Source: Candidatus Omnitrophota bacterium (GTDB lineage Bacteria > Omnitrophota > Gorgyraeia > Duberdicusellales > 4484-171). From it: a stretch of DNA of 64,000 nt. Made by a program: the position numbers and the translations under genes. Numbering within the stretch: the stretch's first letter is position 1; the number at the start of each line of letters is the position of its first letter. The stretch is from NCBI GenBank assembly GCA_028692655.1, contig JAQUWY010000006.1, forward strand, positions 728 through 64,727. The letters are read 5' to 3'. The notes beneath the pieces were generated by a model. The model made no database searches. It worked only from the letters and a program-made list of their open reading frames with translations, and was not told where the DNA came from. Below are positions 17,589 to 26,976 of the stretch, in pieces.

Positions 17589-19316
17589 ATGCAGAATAAA
17601 GATATCAGCCATATATTTCGGGAAATAGCAAAAATTTTAGAATTAAAAGGCGAAAATCTATTTAGAATACGGGCCTATGAAAGAGCCGCTCAGACGATAG
17701 AAGACCTGCCTGAAAGTATAGTCAAAGTTTATGAAGAAAAAAGGCTTACGTCTTTACCGGGTATCGGCAACGATTTAGCCAAAAAGGTAGAAGAGCTTGT
17801 TACTACCGGTTTGCTGAATTATTACCACGAGCTGAAAAAACAAATCCCTTCCGGAGTTATCGATATGCTGGGAATATCCGGCCTGGGCCCTAAGACGGTC
17901 AAATTACTTTACGATAATTTAGGAATTGACAGTATAGAGAAGTTAGAGAAGGCCTGTCGACAAGGTTCTTTGCTTAGTTTGGAAGGCATAAAGGAGAAAA
18001 CACAGAGCAATATCTTGAGGGGGGTTGAGCTGTATAAACATGCTCGCGAAAGAATTTACTTGCATCTTGGTCTGGACATCGCCGAAAAAATTATAAAACA
18101 GCTTAAAAGTACGGGGTTGATAGAGAAAATCGAGATTGCCGGCAGTTTACGCAGGAAGAAAGAGAATGCTAAAGATATAGATATATTAGCCGTCTCTAAA
18201 AAACCCTCTGAGGTTATGGATGCTTTTACTGCATCGCCGTTGGCAGCCCAAGTTTTAGTTAAAGGCCAGACAAAATCTTCGGTTCTGGCTAATGAGAGAA
18301 ATATTCAAGTAGATTTAAGAATTGTGGGAGAGAAGAATTTTGGTTCGGCTTTAATGTATTTTACAGGCTCTAAAGATTTTAATATAAAGATGCGCCAGCT
18401 GGCTATAAAGAAGGGTTATCATCTGAATGAATATGGATTATTTTCCGATAAGGATTCTTTTAAGAAAAGAACACTTGCTTCAAAATCCGAGAAGGAAATA
18501 TTTTCTTTTCTAGGCATGGCTTATATTCCTCCTGAGTTAAGGGAGGCAAGAGGCGAGATCGAAGCGAGCCTGGAAGATAATTTGCCAGAATTAGTTGAAT
18601 TTGGTGATATACGAGGAGATTTCCATATCCATTCCGATTACAGCGATGGCTCTATCAGCCTTGAGGAGATAGTCTTGTGCGCCAAAGACAAAGGCTACGA
18701 GTATGTAGGAATCTGCGATCACTCTCAGAGCCTGAAAGTAGCAAGAGGGCTTTCAGTGAGCCTTTTGCATAAAAAAATTGAGGCGGTAAGAATGATAGAT
18801 AACCGTCAGAAAAATATAAAAGTTTTTTGCGGCAGCGAGGTTGACATACTGGCCCAGGGAAAACTTGATTATCCCGATAGCGTCCTTAAGGAAATTGATT
18901 TTGTTATTGCCGCTATCCATTCAGGGTTTAAGCAATCTAAGCAGGAATTAACGCAAAGGATAGTCAGGGCCTGCCAGAATCCTTATGTCAGGGCCATTGC
19001 GCATCCTACGGGAGGATTAAGGGGTTTGAGGGAACCTTATGAAATAGATTTTGATGAGGTCTTTAAAGCCGCCCGGGATTACAACACGGCTTTAGAAATA
19101 AATTGTCACCCCGAACGCATGGACCTAAGTGATACGAGGGCAATGGCCGCTCAACGTTTTGGAGTCAAACTTATTTTGGGAACAGACGCGCATAATGCTG
19201 AGCAGTTTGATCTCATGGCTTTCGGAGTCAATGCTGCACGAAGGGCCTGGTTAGAAAGGCAGGATGTTATAAATTGTCTCAGTTTGGATGAATTGTCAAA
19301 ATGGCTTGGGAAATAA
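17589..19316 (+). CDS. polX: DNA polymerase X family protein with C-terminal PHP phosphoesterase domain
   Basis: N-terminal HhH/Pol-beta fingers and palm (LPGIGNDLAKKV, GSLRRKKENAKDIDILA), C-terminal PHP domain (GDFHIHSDYSDG, GICDHS, LGTDAHN). Confidence 0.88.
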   Translation: MQNKDISHIFREIAKILELKGENLFRIRAYERAAQTIEDLPESIVKVYEEKRLTSLPGIGNDLAKKVEELVTTGLLNYYHELKKQIPSGVIDMLGISGLGPKTVKLLYDNLGIDSIEKLEKACRQGSLLSLEGIKEKTQSNILRGVELYKHARERIYLHLGLDIAEKIIKQLKSTGLIEKIEIAGSLRRKKENAKDIDILAVSKKPSEVMDAFTASPLAAQVLVKGQTKSSVLANERNIQVDLRIVGEKNFGSALMYFTGSKDFNIKMRQLAIKKGYHLNEYGLFSDKDSFKKRTLASKSEKEIFSFLGMAYIPPELREARGEIEASLEDNLPELVEFGDIRGDFHIHSDYSDGSISLEEIVLCAKDKGYEYVGICDHSQSLKVARGLSVSLLHKKIEAVRMIDNRQKNIKVFCGSEVDILAQGKLDYPDSVLKEIDFVIAAIHSGFKQSKQELTQRIVRACQNPYVRAIAHPTGGLRGLREPYEIDFDEVFKAARDYNTALEINCHPERMDLSDTRAMAAQRFGVKLILGTDAHNAEQFDLMAFGVNAARRAWLERQDVINCLSLDELSKWLGK

Positions 19317-19340
19317 AGGGTTATTGTAATGGCAGGTAGA

Positions 19341-19925
19341 GGCTAAGGTTAAGGTTGAGGCTGAGGCTTAAAAAAAGTCCACGGTCGACAGACCACCCTT
19401 CGACTACGTTTATCCTGAGTGAAATCGAAGGGCTCAGGGCAAGCAGTCCACAGAGCATAAAGGCTAAGGTTGAGAAGTAATAATTGATAACTAATAATTG
19501 ATAATTTGGGAAGACCAGGAAACCAAGAAACGGAAGAACTGAAAAACTGAAAGACATAAAAACAGAAAAACGTAAAAACTGAGAACGAAAGAACTGAAAG
19601 ATAGAAAACCAAAAGACAAAAGAACAGAAAACTAAAGAACTAAAAACAGAAAGACTGAAAAACTGAAAAACTGAAAGACCAAAAAACCGAAGAACATAAA
19701 AACTAAAAGATTGAAAAACATAAAGAATAGGGAAGTTAAAACCTTGCCTACCGGCAGGCAGGCGCTAACCGAAAACCGAAAGAACATTTCTTTAGCGGAA
19801 ATACGGTAGAAATATATGGAAATAAATAGAAATAAATTGTTTCAATAAAACTTCAGAGAAAACAATCTATTTTTGTTTAGGGTTTAGAATTTCGGATTTA
19901 GGATTTATTCTATAGTTGGTAGTAT
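19341..19925. repeat. Composite intergenic repeat, copy 2 (polX-apbE spacer), expanded by insertions
   Basis: Same module order as copy 1, plus a 47-bp insert containing an 8-bp inverted repeat (CCCTTCGA...TCGAAGGG, 19397-19443), an AT-rich direct repeat (TAATAATTGATAA x2, 19479-19505) and a ~230-bp degenerate tandem array. Confidence 0.8.
19505..19735. repeat. Degenerate tandem repeat array, ~20 units of an 8-12 bp unit (consensus GAAAAACTGAAAG / GAAAACAGAAA); + strand is A/G/C-only with almost no T
   Basis: Read directly: ...gaactgaaaaactgaaagacataaaaacagaaaaacgtaaaaactgagaacgaaagaactgaaagatagaaaacc...gactgaaaaactgaaaaactgaaagacc.... A4-6 tracts recur every ~7-17 bp. Confidence 0.8.
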
Positions 19926-19941
19926 TGGGATTTAGAGCTTT

Positions 19942-20973
19942 ATGGAAAGAGAAAAACACAAGAACAAAGCAGTGCGTATAGTAATATATTATCTGGCTGC
20001 CGGACGCCATGTTGCCGTAGCTTTATCGCTTATAGCTTTTGTTTCCTGTGCTAAGCCTCTGCATAAGAATACTTTTGTAACTACCGGTACTTATCTTGAA
20101 GTTTTATCTTTTGATCCGCGGGCAGCCGGTATAGTCTACAATGAATTCAGGCGTTTGGATAAATTATTTAACCTGTATGATTCTTCCTCAGAATTATCCC
20201 GCCTTAACTTTTCCGGCGGCCTTATGATGAAAGTATCGAGCGATATGGTTGAAATATTGCAAAAATCCCGCTTGATGAACGAACGAACCCGGGGGGCTTT
20301 TGATGTAAGTTATGGCGCTTTGTATATGTTTTGGAAAGATTGGATGAAAGAAAACTCTTACTTACGCGATGTCCGGGGCATCATTGAACTCAAAAAAGCT
20401 TTTCCCGATCCGGAACTTATAAGGTCTCTGAAAAACTTGGGAGGTATGGAAAATATTGCCGTTGACTGTATTCATAACACGGTTAAAATTAACAAAAAGG
20501 GTTTGATAATAGATTTGGGCGGCATTGCTAAAGGATACATGGTAGATAAGGCTGTAGAATGCCTTAGAGCCAAAGGTATAGAGAGCGCTTTGATAAATGC
20601 CGGGGGAGATATCTATTGTTTAGGTACCAACGGCCTAAAAACCTGGAAAGTAGGCATCAGGGATCCTGAGTTTTTCGATAAAACGGCTGAGGATTTAGAG
20701 ATTGCCGACAAAGCCGTTGCTACTTCGGGTAATTATGAACAATTTTTTGTTTTTAAAAATAACATCTATTCGCACCTGGTTGATCCTCGCACAGGGTATC
20801 CGGCTGAAAAAACCGTAGGCAGTATCAGCGTTGTTGATAAGAGCTGTCTCGTGGCTGATTGTTTTGCGACGGCTTTTTTTATTATGGGTTCACAAGAGTT
20901 GAATGATTTTTTGGCACAGGAAACGGGGCATATGAAAGTAGTGGTGCTACCGGTAGATAAGCCGAATAACTAG
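19942..20973 (+). CDS. apbE: FAD:protein FMN transferase (ApbE family), probable lipoprotein
   Basis: ApbE signature region ...LIIDLGGIAKGY... and C-terminal ...DCFATAF; N-terminal hydrophobic segment ending ...FVSCAKP (lipobox-like). Confidence 0.82.
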   Translation: MEREKHKNKAVRIVIYYLAAGRHVAVALSLIAFVSCAKPLHKNTFVTTGTYLEVLSFDPRAAGIVYNEFRRLDKLFNLYDSSSELSRLNFSGGLMMKVSSDMVEILQKSRLMNERTRGAFDVSYGALYMFWKDWMKENSYLRDVRGIIELKKAFPDPELIRSLKNLGGMENIAVDCIHNTVKINKKGLIIDLGGIAKGYMVDKAVECLRAKGIESALINAGGDIYCLGTNGLKTWKVGIRDPEFFDKTAEDLEIADKAVATSGNYEQFFVFKNNIYSHLVDPRTGYPAEKTVGSISVVDKSCLVADCFATAFFIMGSQELNDFLAQETGHMKVVVLPVDKPNN

Positions 20974-21018
20974 AATCATACATGTACAAAGTATTTCTAA
21001 GAGAAAGTGGGGGAATAA

Positions 21019-21831
21019 ATGAACAAGATAACCGCCGGGGATATCAAAAAAAAGAAGAATAAAGAAAAAATAATCATGCTTACGGCTTATGATTATTCTT
21101 TTGCTAAAATTTTGGATGAGGCCGGCCTTGACATTATTCTGGTGGGAGATTCTATGGCCAATGTAGTTTTGGGTATTAAGCAGACCCGCAGGATTTCCTT
21201 AACCGAAATGTACCAGCATACAAGAGCTGTTGCTTACGGTACAAAGAGGTCTCTGGTGGTGGCTGACATGCCTTATTCGGCATATCAAAGGAAACCTCAG
21301 GATTGCCTCAAGCACGCTCGTAAATTTTTAAAATTAGGTGCCGACGCAGTCAAAATCGAATGGTTTGGCGCTAAAAATTCAAAGGACTGTTTCTATGTAG
21401 TTGGAAAACTTATCAAGAATGGTATTCCGGTTATGGGCCACATTGGCCTTACTCCCCAGACAGTACATCTTTTAGGTGGTTACAGGGTTCAAGGTAGAAG
21501 TAAGCCTGCTGCCGAAGAATTGCTTAGGCAGGCAAAGATTTTACAAAACTTAGGAGTTTTTAGCCTGGTTTTAGAATGTATTCCTTATCCGCTTGCCCGG
21601 AAAATAACTGCTTCTTTAAAAATTCCTACCATAGGCATTGGTGCCGGAAAATATTGCGACGGCCAGGTTCTCGTTCTTTACGACTTTCTTGGCCTTTACA
21701 GTGAAAAAAAACCTAGGTTTGTAAGGGTTTATAGAGATTTTTCCAGAGAAATAAAAAAGGCAGTTATTGAATTTTCCCGAGATATTAGAAAAGGAAAATT
21801 TCCTTCAAAGCCAGAGAGCTTTTTTTCTTGA
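21019..21831 (+). CDS. panB: 3-methyl-2-oxobutanoate hydroxymethyltransferase
   Basis: MLTAYDYSFAKILDEAGLDIILVGDSMANVVLG and ...VKIEW... match PanB; 270 aa. Confidence 0.9.
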   Translation: MNKITAGDIKKKKNKEKIIMLTAYDYSFAKILDEAGLDIILVGDSMANVVLGIKQTRRISLTEMYQHTRAVAYGTKRSLVVADMPYSAYQRKPQDCLKHARKFLKLGADAVKIEWFGAKNSKDCFYVVGKLIKNGIPVMGHIGLTPQTVHLLGGYRVQGRSKPAAEELLRQAKILQNLGVFSLVLECIPYPLARKITASLKIPTIGIGAGKYCDGQVLVLYDFLGLYSEKKPRFVRVYRDFSREIKKAVIEFSRDIRKGKFPSKPESFFS

Positions 21832-21938
21832 AGAAAAACCCTATTTTAATTGACTCCGGAAGCAAGTTTTGATAATATGTCCTGTCTATGGCCACTTGCC
21901 GTTAGAGGGTGGTCATTTGCGTTAGAACGGAGCTGATA

Positions 21939-23231
21939 ATGATTACACGCTACACTCCCGGTGATATTGGGGCTATTTGGAGCCAAGAGCAGAAATTCAA
22001 AAGATTTTTGAAAATAGAGGCTCTGCTTTGTGAAGCTTTGGAAAAGCAGAAAAAAATTCCCAAAGGCGTAAGTAAAAGCTTTTCCAAGGTCAAGATCTCT
22101 ACTGCTAAAATAAAAAAAATAGAGGATAAAACTCACCACGATATCGTAGCTTTCCTGAAGCATATATCCGGACAAATTGGCAAAAATGCACAATATCTTC
22201 ATCGCGGCCTGACCTCTTCAGACCTTCTGGATACAACTTTAGCTTGGCAGATAAAAGATGCTACAGTGATAATTCTTAAGAGCCTGGATGAGGTTCTGTC
22301 GGAAGTTAAGCGCAAAGCTTTGAAATATAAAAATACTCTTTGTATGGCTCGAACTCACGGGGTGCACGCTGAGATTTACAGTTTTGGCTTAAAATTTTTA
22401 TACCTATATGAGGACCTTAAGGAGGAGAGAAGAATATTAGCCGAAAGCCTTAAGTATTCTGCTTGCGGTAAGATTTCCGGAGCCGTGGGGACATTCGCTT
22501 ATTTCGAGCCCAAGATAGAAGAGTATATATGCAGGAAAATAGGTATAAATAATGCGGCAGTTTCGACGCAGGTTGTTTCCCGGGAAAGGATAGCTTATTA
22601 TTTATTCATCCTTTCTCTGGTTGGCTCTACTCTTGAACGCTTTGCTACAGAAATTAGGCATTTACATCGCAATGAAGTCGGCGAAGTAAAAGAACCTTTT
22701 TATAAGGGCCAAAAAGGTTCAAGCGCCATGCCTCATAAGCAGAATCCTATTATTTGCGAAAGAATATGCGGGTTAGCCAGGATACTACGCGCTAATTCTC
22801 TGGCTGCCTCGGAGAATATAAACCTATGGCATGAGAGGGACATCTCTCACTCTTCAGCTGAAAGAATTATTCTGCCTGATTCCACGATAGCCCTTGTCTA
22901 TATGTTGCGTAAATTTAAAGAAGTTATAGCCAACCTTAAAGTTATACCGGAACAAATGCTTAAAAACATAGAGCTTAACCGGGGCATAATTTATTCACAG
23001 AAAATACTCATCGCCCTCATGGATAAAGGCCTATCGCGTATGCAGGCTTACGATATCGTCCAGGGTATAGCCCTCAGGGTTATAAATGAAAATTCTTCTT
23101 TTAAAGAGAAAGCCTTTTTGGATTCTAAACTTAAAAAGTTATTACCAAGAAAAGAGCTCGAAAAGATTTTTAATCCTTACACTTATCTTTCAAATATAGA
23201 TAAGATTTACAAAAGAGTTGGCATCAGCTAA
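21939..23231 (+). CDS. purB: Adenylosuccinate lyase (start adjusted to the internal ATG of ORF 21909..23231)
   Basis: MITRYTPGDIGAIWSQEQKF... N-terminus typical of PurB; fumarate-lyase family signature GSSAMPHKQNP. Confidence 0.9.
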   Translation: MITRYTPGDIGAIWSQEQKFKRFLKIEALLCEALEKQKKIPKGVSKSFSKVKISTAKIKKIEDKTHHDIVAFLKHISGQIGKNAQYLHRGLTSSDLLDTTLAWQIKDATVIILKSLDEVLSEVKRKALKYKNTLCMARTHGVHAEIYSFGLKFLYLYEDLKEERRILAESLKYSACGKISGAVGTFAYFEPKIEEYICRKIGINNAAVSTQVVSRERIAYYLFILSLVGSTLERFATEIRHLHRNEVGEVKEPFYKGQKGSSAMPHKQNPIICERICGLARILRANSLAASENINLWHERDISHSSAERIILPDSTIALVYMLRKFKEVIANLKVIPEQMLKNIELNRGIIYSQKILIALMDKGLSRMQAYDIVQGIALRVINENSSFKEKAFLDSKLKKLLPRKELEKIFNPYTYLSNIDKIYKRVGIS

Positions 23232-23288
23232 TCGATTAACAATCTACATACCCAGTATCAACCAGCTTTATCAAAGGCTTACCGACCG

Positions 23289-26177
23289 ATGATTTGGAGA
23301 ATAGACGTATTTGCTAAAAAAAAGGCTTCTTCTTCTAAAATTGCTTCGGATATAGGTGATTTAGGCAATTTTAAAGTGGCGGGGGTATATACTAGAAAAG
23401 TTTATCTCTTAGAAGCTGACCTTGATTCGGAGAAGATGAACCAGATAGCCTCCCGGCTATTAATAGATCCGGTAACCCAAGAATATTCCCTGTCAGAAGG
23501 TATTTTCAAAGTTCCTCCAAGTGATACCCAGATACTTATAACCTATAATGCGGGAGTTTGTGACCCGGTGGGCTTATCGCTTGAGAAAGCCGTAAGCGAT
23601 TTATCTTTTGAAATAAAAAGCGCCCGCACAGCAAGTTTTTTTGAACTTAACGGCTTATCTAAGGAAGACATAAGCTACATCGCTCCCAGGATTCTGTATA
23701 ATCCCCTTATAGAACATATCCTTGAGTATGAAAAAGCCGGAAAGCTTACCACGCTGGATGAATTTTCCGGGAAAGACTATAAATTTGATTTAGCAACCGT
23801 AGATTTATTAGAAGCCGATTCTTTTAAACTTAAAGAAATATCAAAATTAGGCTGTCTTTCTCTAAGTTTAGAAGAGATGACAATTATCCAGGATTATTTT
23901 AGAAAGCTTAAGAGAAGCCCTACGGACTGCGAATTGGAAACCATAGCTACTCTCTGGTCCGAGCACTGCGCTCATAAGACTTTTCGCGGAGTAATTGAAT
24001 ATAGTGAAAAGAATTCCGAGGGAGAAATAATAAAAAAAGAAACTATAAACAGTTTGCTGAAGTCGACCTTGATGCGGGCTACCAAAGAATTGGCTCATTC
24101 TGGCTGCGTGTCGGTTTTTGAAGATAATTCAGGAGTAGTGGCTTTTGACGAAAATAACAATATTTGTTTTAAAGTAGAAACCCACAATCATCCTTCCAGC
24201 CTCGAGCCTTATGGGGGAGCTTCTACCGGGATCGGAGGAGTTATTCGCGATATTCTGGGTACCGGATGCGCGGCTAAACCTTTTGCTTCGATAGATGTGT
24301 TTTGTTTTTCACCCTGGAAGATTGCCCATGAAAACGTACCTCAGGGGCTGCTTCACCCAAAAAGGATAATGAAAGGCGTCATAAAAGGGGTGCGTGATTA
24401 CGGCAACCGCATGGGTATTCCCACGATTTGCGGGGCGGTTTTGTTTGATGAAAGATTTCTTGGAAACCCTCTTGTCTATTGCGGTACGTTGGGGATATTG
24501 CCAAAAAATAAATCATTTAAGGAATCACAGCCGGGAGATTTAGTCATCCTCTGCGGGGCTAAAACCGGCAGGGACGGTATTCACGGAGCTACTTTTTCGT
24601 CTAAAGAACTCGATGAGCATACAGTGGGCCTTACTACAGCAGTTCAGGTCGGCAACCCCATAGAGGAAAAAAAACTTACAGAGGCAATTCTGCGGGCCAG
24701 AGACAAGGATTTGTTTTCATCTATCACCGATTGTGGTGCAGGAGGTATATCTAGTGCGATAACAGAATTGGCCCAGGCCCATGGTGTAAAGGTAGATCTG
24801 GAGAAGGTCCCTCTAAAATACAGGGGGTTAAACTATACTGAAATTTGGATATCGGAATCACAGGAGAGAATGGTATTTTTTTCCCGGCCTGAAAATTTAA
24901 CAGAACTCGAGAAAATATTCCGGGAAGAAGAAGTTCCTTTAACGGTTGTAGGCAGGGTTACCGATACTCATAAGCTGGAGCTTTCCTATCAAGGCAGTAA
25001 AGTCTGCGATCTAGATATGGATTTTATATTTAACCTGCCTAAATTGGAAAAAAAGGCTGTCTGGATCTGCAAGAAACAAAAAGATTCCAAAATCAAACCG
25101 AAGGAATCCTACAACGAAGACTTAAAGAATTTATTGGCTAGCCCTAATATTGCGCCGAAAGACTGGATATTGCGAGAGTATGACCATGAGGTTCAAGCCG
25201 GTTCCGTTACCAAATCGATTTACGGTATAAATAGAATCGCCTTAAGTGACTCAGCCGTTAGCCGTCCGGACTTAAACAGCCAAAAATGCGTTGTTGTCGG
25301 GTTTGGCATAAATCCTTTTTATTCGGATATAGATCCTTACTGGATGGCTGCTTTGGCTATAGACGAAGCTTTGCGTAATGTGATATGTGCCGGTGCCGGA
25401 CTGGAGAAAACGTTTGTGCTTGATAATTTCAGCTGGGCTTCGCCGCAAGATGAGCTGGTTTTAGGCGGTTTGGTCAGAGCATCGAAGGCATGCTATGATT
25501 TCTCAACTTATTTTGGTGTGCCTTTTATTTCCGGCAAAGACAGCCTTTACAATGAATATGATGTTTCCGGAAAACACATCGCTATTCCCGGAACATTGCT
25601 GATTTCGGCGATGTCGGTTATGGATGATTATAGAAAAGTTACTTCAAATATTTTTAAGTGCGTAGATAATCTTGTGTATATCATCGGTTCAACTAAACCA
25701 CAGATGGCAGCTTCAGAATACTTCAGACAATTAAAGATAACCTCAGGAATTCTTCCCGAAGTTGACCGTAATCGGGCAAAAGATACATTTAGCAATTTAA
25801 GCAGGGTAATTGCTAAAGGCTTGGTTGAATCATGCCATGATTGTTCAGAAGGCGGCCTGGCTGTTTCTATTGCCGAGATGTGTATAGGGGCTGATTTAGG
25901 AGTTAATATATTTTTAGGAGAAGTCCCCGGGCCCGAAGGAATGTTGGATTACGAAGTCTTATTCTCCGAATCGGCTTCACGGTTTATAGTGGAAGTGAAA
26001 AAGGAGAACCAGAAAGAGTTCGAAGCTTGTCTTAAAGGTTTGGAATTCGGGCTCATCGGATGTGTTTGCGGGGAGAAAAAACTAGTTATTTATAGCCAGA
26101 CAAATAAGCAAGTGATAGATACGACAATAGCAGAATTAAGGGGCTCTTGGATGAAAACATTTGATGAATTTCGTTAA
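23289..26177 (+). CDS. purL: Phosphoribosylformylglycinamidine synthase, fused PurS-PurL (962 aa)
   Basis: N-terminal ~80 aa resemble PurS (VYLLEADLDSEKMNQIASRLLIDPVTQEYSL); remainder is small-type PurL (FGAM synthase II) with two AIR-synthase-related repeats (HNHPS, TDCGAGG). Confidence 0.88.
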   Translation: MIWRIDVFAKKKASSSKIASDIGDLGNFKVAGVYTRKVYLLEADLDSEKMNQIASRLLIDPVTQEYSLSEGIFKVPPSDTQILITYNAGVCDPVGLSLEKAVSDLSFEIKSARTASFFELNGLSKEDISYIAPRILYNPLIEHILEYEKAGKLTTLDEFSGKDYKFDLATVDLLEADSFKLKEISKLGCLSLSLEEMTIIQDYFRKLKRSPTDCELETIATLWSEHCAHKTFRGVIEYSEKNSEGEIIKKETINSLLKSTLMRATKELAHSGCVSVFEDNSGVVAFDENNNICFKVETHNHPSSLEPYGGASTGIGGVIRDILGTGCAAKPFASIDVFCFSPWKIAHENVPQGLLHPKRIMKGVIKGVRDYGNRMGIPTICGAVLFDERFLGNPLVYCGTLGILPKNKSFKESQPGDLVILCGAKTGRDGIHGATFSSKELDEHTVGLTTAVQVGNPIEEKKLTEAILRARDKDLFSSITDCGAGGISSAITELAQAHGVKVDLEKVPLKYRGLNYTEIWISESQERMVFFSRPENLTELEKIFREEEVPLTVVGRVTDTHKLELSYQGSKVCDLDMDFIFNLPKLEKKAVWICKKQKDSKIKPKESYNEDLKNLLASPNIAPKDWILREYDHEVQAGSVTKSIYGINRIALSDSAVSRPDLNSQKCVVVGFGINPFYSDIDPYWMAALAIDEALRNVICAGAGLEKTFVLDNFSWASPQDELVLGGLVRASKACYDFSTYFGVPFISGKDSLYNEYDVSGKHIAIPGTLLISAMSVMDDYRKVTSNIFKCVDNLVYIIGSTKPQMAASEYFRQLKITSGILPEVDRNRAKDTFSNLSRVIAKGLVESCHDCSEGGLAVSIAEMCIGADLGVNIFLGEVPGPEGMLDYEVLFSESASRFIVEVKKENQKEFEACLKGLEFGLIGCVCGEKKLVIYSQTNKQVIDTTIAELRGSWMKTFDEFR

Positions 26178-26186
26178 TATTTTTTT

Positions 26187-26939
26187 ATGAAACCCAAAGC
26201 TCTGATAATAAGGACAGCCGGTACAAATTGCGACAAGGAAACTGAATTTGCTTTTCAGGCAGCGGGGGTTAAAACCTGCCTTCATCATATTAATTATATC
26301 AAAGAAAAGCCGGATTTCTCCGACTATCAAATATTATGTATACCGGGGGGTTTCAGCTATGGCGATGATTTAGGAGCGGGAAAAATCTTGTCTTTAGAGT
26401 TTATCTGCTGGTTTAAAGAAAGTCTGCAGCGTTTTGTCGATAGAGGCGGCTTAATCCTGGGGATATGTAATGGATTCCAGGTATTGACTAAGACAGGCAT
26501 ATTGCCCGATGCCGATTTCAGGCAGAAAGTTACACTCACAGACAATGATTCCGGCAGGTTTGAAGACCGCTGGGTTTACCTTAAAGTGGAGTCTCAAAGT
26601 GTCTGGCTCAAAGACATGGATGAGCGGATATGTTTGCCTGTAGCTCATGGAGAAGGAAAATTCTATGCAGAAAAGGATATTTTAGATAGAATAGAGGGCA
26701 ACCATCAGGTAGTTTTGCGTTATACAGATAAAGATTTAAACTTAGCCGGCTATCCTTTTAATCCCAATGGTTCGCTGAACAATATCGCCGGGATTACTGA
26801 TTCTACAGGAAGAGTCTTAGGCCTGATGCCCCATCCGGAGCGTTTTATTTTTAAGCATCATTGCCCGTTTTATAAATACAAAGAAGTGTTTCCTTTTGGT
26901 GTTAAATTTTTCAGCAATGCAGCTGATTATTTTAAATAA
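26187..26939 (+). CDS. purQ: Phosphoribosylformylglycinamidine synthase I (glutaminase subunit)
   Basis: MKPKALIIRTAGTNCDKETEFAF, GICNGFQ (catalytic Cys), C-terminal His (HPER) - class I GATase PurQ. Confidence 0.9.
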   Translation: MKPKALIIRTAGTNCDKETEFAFQAAGVKTCLHHINYIKEKPDFSDYQILCIPGGFSYGDDLGAGKILSLEFICWFKESLQRFVDRGGLILGICNGFQVLTKTGILPDADFRQKVTLTDNDSGRFEDRWVYLKVESQSVWLKDMDERICLPVAHGEGKFYAEKDILDRIEGNHQVVLRYTDKDLNLAGYPFNPNGSLNNIAGITDSTGRVLGLMPHPERFIFKHHCPFYKYKEVFPFGVKFFSNAADYFK

Positions 26940-26976
26940 TGCTATCTAACTAAGGCTATTTAACCAGGAGATAATT

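Noticed and set aside
19321-19612. Two minus-strand ORFs (78 and 87 aa; MSFSFSVLPFLGF..., MVFYLSVLSFSVF...) across the polX-apbE spacer
   Set aside because: They are read through the pyrimidine-rich complement of the purine tandem array and the composite repeat. They have low-complexity F/L/S composition, no RBS and no motif, so they are artefacts of repeat DNA.
19505-19735. Possible CRISPR array
   Set aside because: Units are only ~8-12 bp, imperfect and contiguous without spacers. There are no 24-40-bp identical direct repeats and no cas genes nearby.
21832-21938. Possible purine or ZTP riboswitch upstream of purB (inverted repeat ATGGCCAC...GTGGTCAT)
   Set aside because: I could not match the conserved cores of the purine riboswitch or the ZTP (pfl) motif by eye. 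Only a generic hairpin is present, so it needs an Infernal scan before any claim.
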